Shown here: positions 60,617 to 64,000 of the stretch, in pieces
Layout: each line of letters begins with the position of its first letter
Numbering within the stretch: position 1 is the stretch's first letter
Source: an uncultured Phycisphaerales bacterium
GTDB taxonomy: Bacteria > Planctomycetota > Phycisphaerae > Tepidisphaerales > Tepidisphaeraceae
NCBI GenBank assembly: GCA_963755915.1
Contig: CAVWLP010000002.1
Location: 1,920,001-1,984,000, forward strand
Direction of reading: 5' to 3'
DNA: 64,000 nucleotides
The notes under the pieces: model-generated
The model's input: the letters and a program-made list of their open reading frames with translations, nothing else
What the model was told of the DNA's origin: nothing
Databases searched by the model: none
Made by a program: the position numbers and the translations under genes

Positions 60617-63600
60617 ATTGAACCTCCACGTCGCATCAAAAAGTTTTTCGCGACAAAGAAAATGATGGGATAGATGAGCAATTCCATGAGGAAGCTGGTG
60701 AATAATCCTCCGAGCATGGGAGCAGCCAATCGGCGCATGACGTCTGCTCCCGCCCCCGTGGCCCACAGCAGCGGGACCAAACCGATAAACGCCGCGGCCA
60801 CGGTCATTGTTTTGGGCCGGATGCGCTTGACCGCGCCGTCATGGACGGCGTGCCAGAGATCGTCTCTGCTCCGCATGCGGCCTTCCCCCTTGAATCGCTC
60901 ATAGCTGTTGTCCAGATAGAGCAGCATGACCAGGCCCGTTTCGGCGTCGAGGCCGGCGAGCGCGATCATGCCCACCCAGACCGCAAGCGAGAGGTGATAA
61001 TCCAGCAGCCATAGAAGCCAGACAGCGCCGACAAGGCTGAACGGCACGGCCAATAGCACGACAGATACACGGAACCAGCTTCGCGTGGCCGCGTAGAGCA
61101 ACATGACGATGATGATGAGCGTGAGAGGAATCGCCCATTCCAGCCGTTCGTTGGCTTCCTGAATCTGCTCGAATTGGCCGGACCAGACGAGCGTATATCC
61201 GGCTGGGAGTTGGAGTTTTTGTTCGATGGCTGTCTGAGCGTCGGCGATGAAGCCGCCGATATCACGTCCCGCAATATCGACGTACACCCACGCGGTTCGC
61301 CGACTGTTTTCGCTCTTGATCATCGGCGGGCCGGGATTGATTTTGATGTCGGCCAGCTCTCCAAGCGGAATTTGTGCGCCGTCTGGCGTCGGAACGAGGA
61401 CTTGCCGAATGGTTTGCGGATCATCCCGCAGGTCGCGGGCATAGCGGATATTGATCGGATATCTCTCAAGTCCTTCGACGGCCGTCGTGACTTTCATTCC
61501 GCCCATTGCGGTGCTGATGACGTCCTGAACATCGCCGACGGTCAGACCGTAGCGGGCCGCCTGCAGGCGATTCACATTGATATCAAGGTAATAACCGCCG
61601 AAGGAACGTTCCGGATAGGCGCTGATCGTGCCGGGAACGGTCAGCATGATCGTGGATGCTTGCTGGGCCAGATCGCTGAGCACTTGAAGGTCCGGCCCCA
61701 TGATCTTGATGCCCACCGGCGTTTTGATTCCGGTGGAGAGCATATTCGTGCGGTTCTCAATCGGCATGGGCCATGCGTTGGCCACCCCCGGCATCGTGAC
61801 AACAGCATTGAGGCCGGGATGGTCCATGCCGTCTGGATCAGTCCAGCCGTAGACGAGTTCTTCCATGGTGATGCGGCGCTGGGCTGGCCAGAACGTATGA
61901 TGCAAAACCCACTTCAGCGGCGCGGTTCGCGCGGCCAGTTGTCGAAGGCGTATGTCCTTTTGCGCAAGCGCCATTTGTCGGGGTCGGTTTGCAATCGCGT
62001 GACGCTCTCGATCATGTCGAGCGGGGCGGGATCGGTAGCCGTGTCGGCCCGGCCAATCTTTCCATAAACACTGATCACTTCCGGAAAGCTCATGATGAGT
62101 TTGTCTGTTTGCTGCAAAACCTGGCGGGCCTTGGTGACGCTGATGCTTGGATCGGTCGTTGGCATGTAGAGCAGGTCGCCTTCGTCGAGAGGGGGCATGA
62201 ATTCGCTGCCGAGACGTTCGAACGGCCAATACGCGGATGCCACGAACACCACGGCCAAAAGCAAAACGACCCACCGAAACCGGATCGCACCGGTAAAGAG
62301 CGGGTTATAGACTTTTTGCAACACAAAACTGATCGGGCTGCGTTCTTCGTGAATGATCTTCTGCGGAACAAGCAGCATCGCGGCGAAAATTGCCCAGCCG
62401 ATGGCCAGCCAGAGCCGGTACGGTCCGAACACATCATCGTTGAACGTGAACCAGATGATCATGGCCGGAACGAGAATCGCCACGAGCACGATCAACAGAT
62501 TCGGCCAAAAGCCCCATCGTTTGGGAATCGCGCGGTCGCTGATGAAGTAGACCATAAGCACGGGAATGATGGTGATCGACAGGACCGAAGCCGCCGCCAT
62601 TGCGAATGTTTTCGTAAACGCCAGTGGCTTGAAGAGCCGGCCGCTCTCCCCACCGAGCACAAAAACGGGAAGGAAACTGACCGTGATGATGAGAAGGCTG
62701 AAAAACAGGCTTGGCCCGACCTCTTTGGCGGCTTCGAGGATGACCTCGCCGCGCGGGCGGGGATTGCCTTCGCGTTGGACGCGCTCTTCTTCGTGATTCA
62801 GATGCTTGTGCGCGTTCTCCACCATGATGATCGCGCTATCCACCACCACGCCGACGGCAATTGCGATTCCCCCCAGGCTCATGATGTTCGCGTTGATCCC
62901 CAGGACGTGCATGATGAGCAGACTAATGAGCATGCTGCTGGGGATGACGAAAATCGCGACCAGCGCGCTTCTCCCGTGCAGCAGAAAGACGATGCACACG
63001 AGCGCGACGACGATCATTTCTTCGATCAGCGTGTGACGAAGCGTGTGAATCGAGCGTTCGATTAAATCGGAGCGGTCGTAGGCGGTTTTGATCGATACGC
63101 CCGGCGGCAGGCCATCCTCCAACTCGGCGAGCCTGGCTTTGGCGTCATGAATGACTTGATAAGCGTTGGCGCCGAATCGGGCGATCACCACGCCGCCAAC
63201 GGCTTCCCCCTGGCCATTCCATTCGCCCACGCCGCGGCGTTCTTCGCCCGCAATTTGCAAGGTTGCGACGTTGCTCAGCAGAATTGGCGTGCCGTCCTTC
63301 CCCATGCCGACCGGCACTTGCGACAGATCCTTCAAGCCTTGCAGATAGCCGCGACTGCGGACCATGTATTCGTTTTCGCTCATCTCGACGACGGAGCCGC
63401 CGACATCGTCGTTGGAGCGCTGGATCGCCGTCATGATCGTGCCGATGGGCAGGTGAAAGGCGAGCAATTTTTCCGGCTTCAAGACGATCTGATATTCCTT
63501 CACGAAACCGCCGATGGGCGCGACTTCCGCTACGTTGGGCACGGCGGTGAGCTGATAGCGGAGGTACCAGTCTTGAAGACTTCGCAAACTGGCGAGGTTC

Positions 63601-64000
63601 TGGTTTGATGAGACCAGCGCGGCTCCAGTGAGTGGATCGGTGCCCGGCTGATCGAACGCGCGCACCTTCGTCAGCTTCGCCTGGCGATCGGCCGGCGCTT
63701 CGTCCGGGCTGGCGTACCATTTGTCCGCCTGCTCATCGTGCCAAATTCCCTTGGGATGGTCGGGCGAGTAATAGCCGGGATACAGCACGTACTGATAAAC
63801 CCATCCAACGCCCGTTGCGTCGGGGCCGAGTTTCGGTTCAACGCCGGCCGGTAGGCGGTCTTTGACGAAGTTGAGATATTCCAGCACCCGGCTTCTTGCC
63901 CAATAGAGGTCGGTCGAATCATCAAAAATAATATAGATGAACGACTGCTCAAACATGCTGATGCCGCGAACCACTTTCGCGTGCGGAATCCCCATCATGG
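60613..64000 (-). CDS. cusA: CusA/CzcA-family heavy-metal RND efflux permease (5'-partial; frameshift near 61920)
   Basis: 'DLYWARSRVLEYL', 'LGPDATGVGWVYQY', 'MPPLDEGDLLYMP', 'TATDPAP..M.E', 'RIRPK.MT'. Confidence 0.92.

Overview
GC-rich bacterial chromosome segment, most likely Planctomycetota (Phycisphaerae/Tepidisphaerales-like). This is inferred from three PEP-CTERM proteins, P/A-T-T-Q-rich secreted proteins, a Ser/Thr kinase and DUF1573/MauE genes. A housekeeping core (uronate isomerase, icd, kinase, proA, dsbD, sugar ABC transporter, tRNA-Gln; ~10.8-28.2 kb) lies between two accessory regions. (i) ~1.4-10.7 kb holds nuclease-like, HNH, FRG and PEP-CTERM genes separated by three direct copies of a 30-bp palindromic site, one of them split by an IS21, followed by a DUF559 gene bracketed by inverted BoxC-like repeats. 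(ii) ~28.2-52.1 kb is a decayed tRNA-Gln-integrated, plasmid-derived island with two tyrosine recombinases, a copG-rep remnant, DUF3800, two PEP-CTERM proteins, a Cys-rich-peptide/DUF1573/MauE operon, a shattered CARF-type sigma-54 activator and three IS21-family elements. The window ends with a transglutaminase/ATP-grasp/alpha-E operon and a CusA/TolC efflux pair. About a dozen frameshifts, several in conserved housekeeping genes, indicate uncorrected long-read indel errors, so frameshift 'pseudogenes' should be treated with caution. Best leads: the 30-bp cassette-delimiting sites, a nucleotide-conserved hairpin module at the istB 3' end of three different IS21 elements, the Cys-rich peptide operon and the DUF559/repeat unit.
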